This document shows positions 50,788 through 51,448 of a DNA stretch of 51,448 bases, in pieces. Location: the NCBI RefSeq assembly GCF_006345805.1, contig NW_021834162.1, positions 1 through 51,448 on the forward strand, written 5' to 3'. Under the pieces are notes generated by a model. That model was not told the origin of the DNA. It saw only the letters and a program-made list of their open reading frames with translations, and ran no database searches. Position numbers and translations under genes: made by a program. This DNA comes from Octopus sinensis (taxonomy: Eukaryota). Position 1 is the first letter of the stretch. Each line of letters begins with the position of its first letter.

Positions 50788-51120
50788 TGAAGGCACATGG
50801 CTCAGTGGTTAGAGCACTGGGCTCACAACCATGAGGTAGTGAATTCGATTTTCAGACCGGGCTGAATGTTGTATTCTTGAGCAAGACACTTTATTTCACG
50901 TTGCTCCAGTTCACTCAGTTGTAGACATGAGTTGTGACGTCACTGGTGCCAAGGTATATCGCCTTTTGTCTCTCCCTTGAATAACATGAGTAGCGTAGAG
51001 AGAGAAGGCTGGCATGAATGGGTGACTACTGGTCATCTATAAACAAATTTGTCCAGACTTGTGCCTTAGATGGGGACTTTCTAGGTGCAATCCCATGGTC
51101 ATTCATAACCGAAAGGGGTC
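50788..51120 (+). mobile_element. SINE family D copy
   Basis: tgaaggcacatggctcagtggttagagcactggg...ctaggtgcaatcccatggtcattcat. Confidence 0.85.
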
Positions 51121-51448
51121 TTTACTCTTTTTACACACATAGGTGTCCTATTTCTTTGATCCCTTAAAGTTTCTAACGTTTAAGGAACTCAAAACCAATT
51201 TTTCGTTGTAGCAAATATATCAGAATGCAGTGAACACGAGAAAGTGAAAGTAGAATATAAAATATTAACTTTTTTTTTTCAGATTACGTATTCAGTAATG
51301 TTCTGTAATGTACTCTGTAAGCTTGTTGTATATACTTTCAACTGTCAAAATAATTATTGTGGGACTTAGATTAAGCTACCTCGACAAACAAGGCCCCGGG
51401 TTAAAATTGCAAGTGATTCACTGGCCTTCTAAGCGTCTCTAAGTTTCA

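Overview
AT-rich, microsatellite- and SINE-dense animal DNA. The repeat landscape looks like an octopus (coleoid cephalopod); this is inferred from repeat recognition. One protein-coding gene is supportable: a minus-strand twitchin-like (UNC-22/projectin family) muscle gene. I trace 14 GT-AG exons from 28140 down to 2560 (~770 codons). They encode six I-set Ig domains, an E/K-rich charged helix and two microexons (10 and 16 nt). The model is open at both ends, and all splice phases join except for an apparent 1-nt deletion in the Ig2 exon. The rest is intron or upstream sequence: many tRNA-derived SINE copies, RTE and Jockey/CR1-type LINE fragments, an internally deleted mariner, Tc1/pogo MITEs, Helitron/Helentron-type elements and long foldback elements. 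Most notable are a minimal hammerhead-ribozyme-like motif on the pre-mRNA strand, foldback elements carrying decayed hammerhead cores, the microexons, the putative single-alpha-helix exon and modular SINE chimeras. All calls were read by eye; no searches were run.
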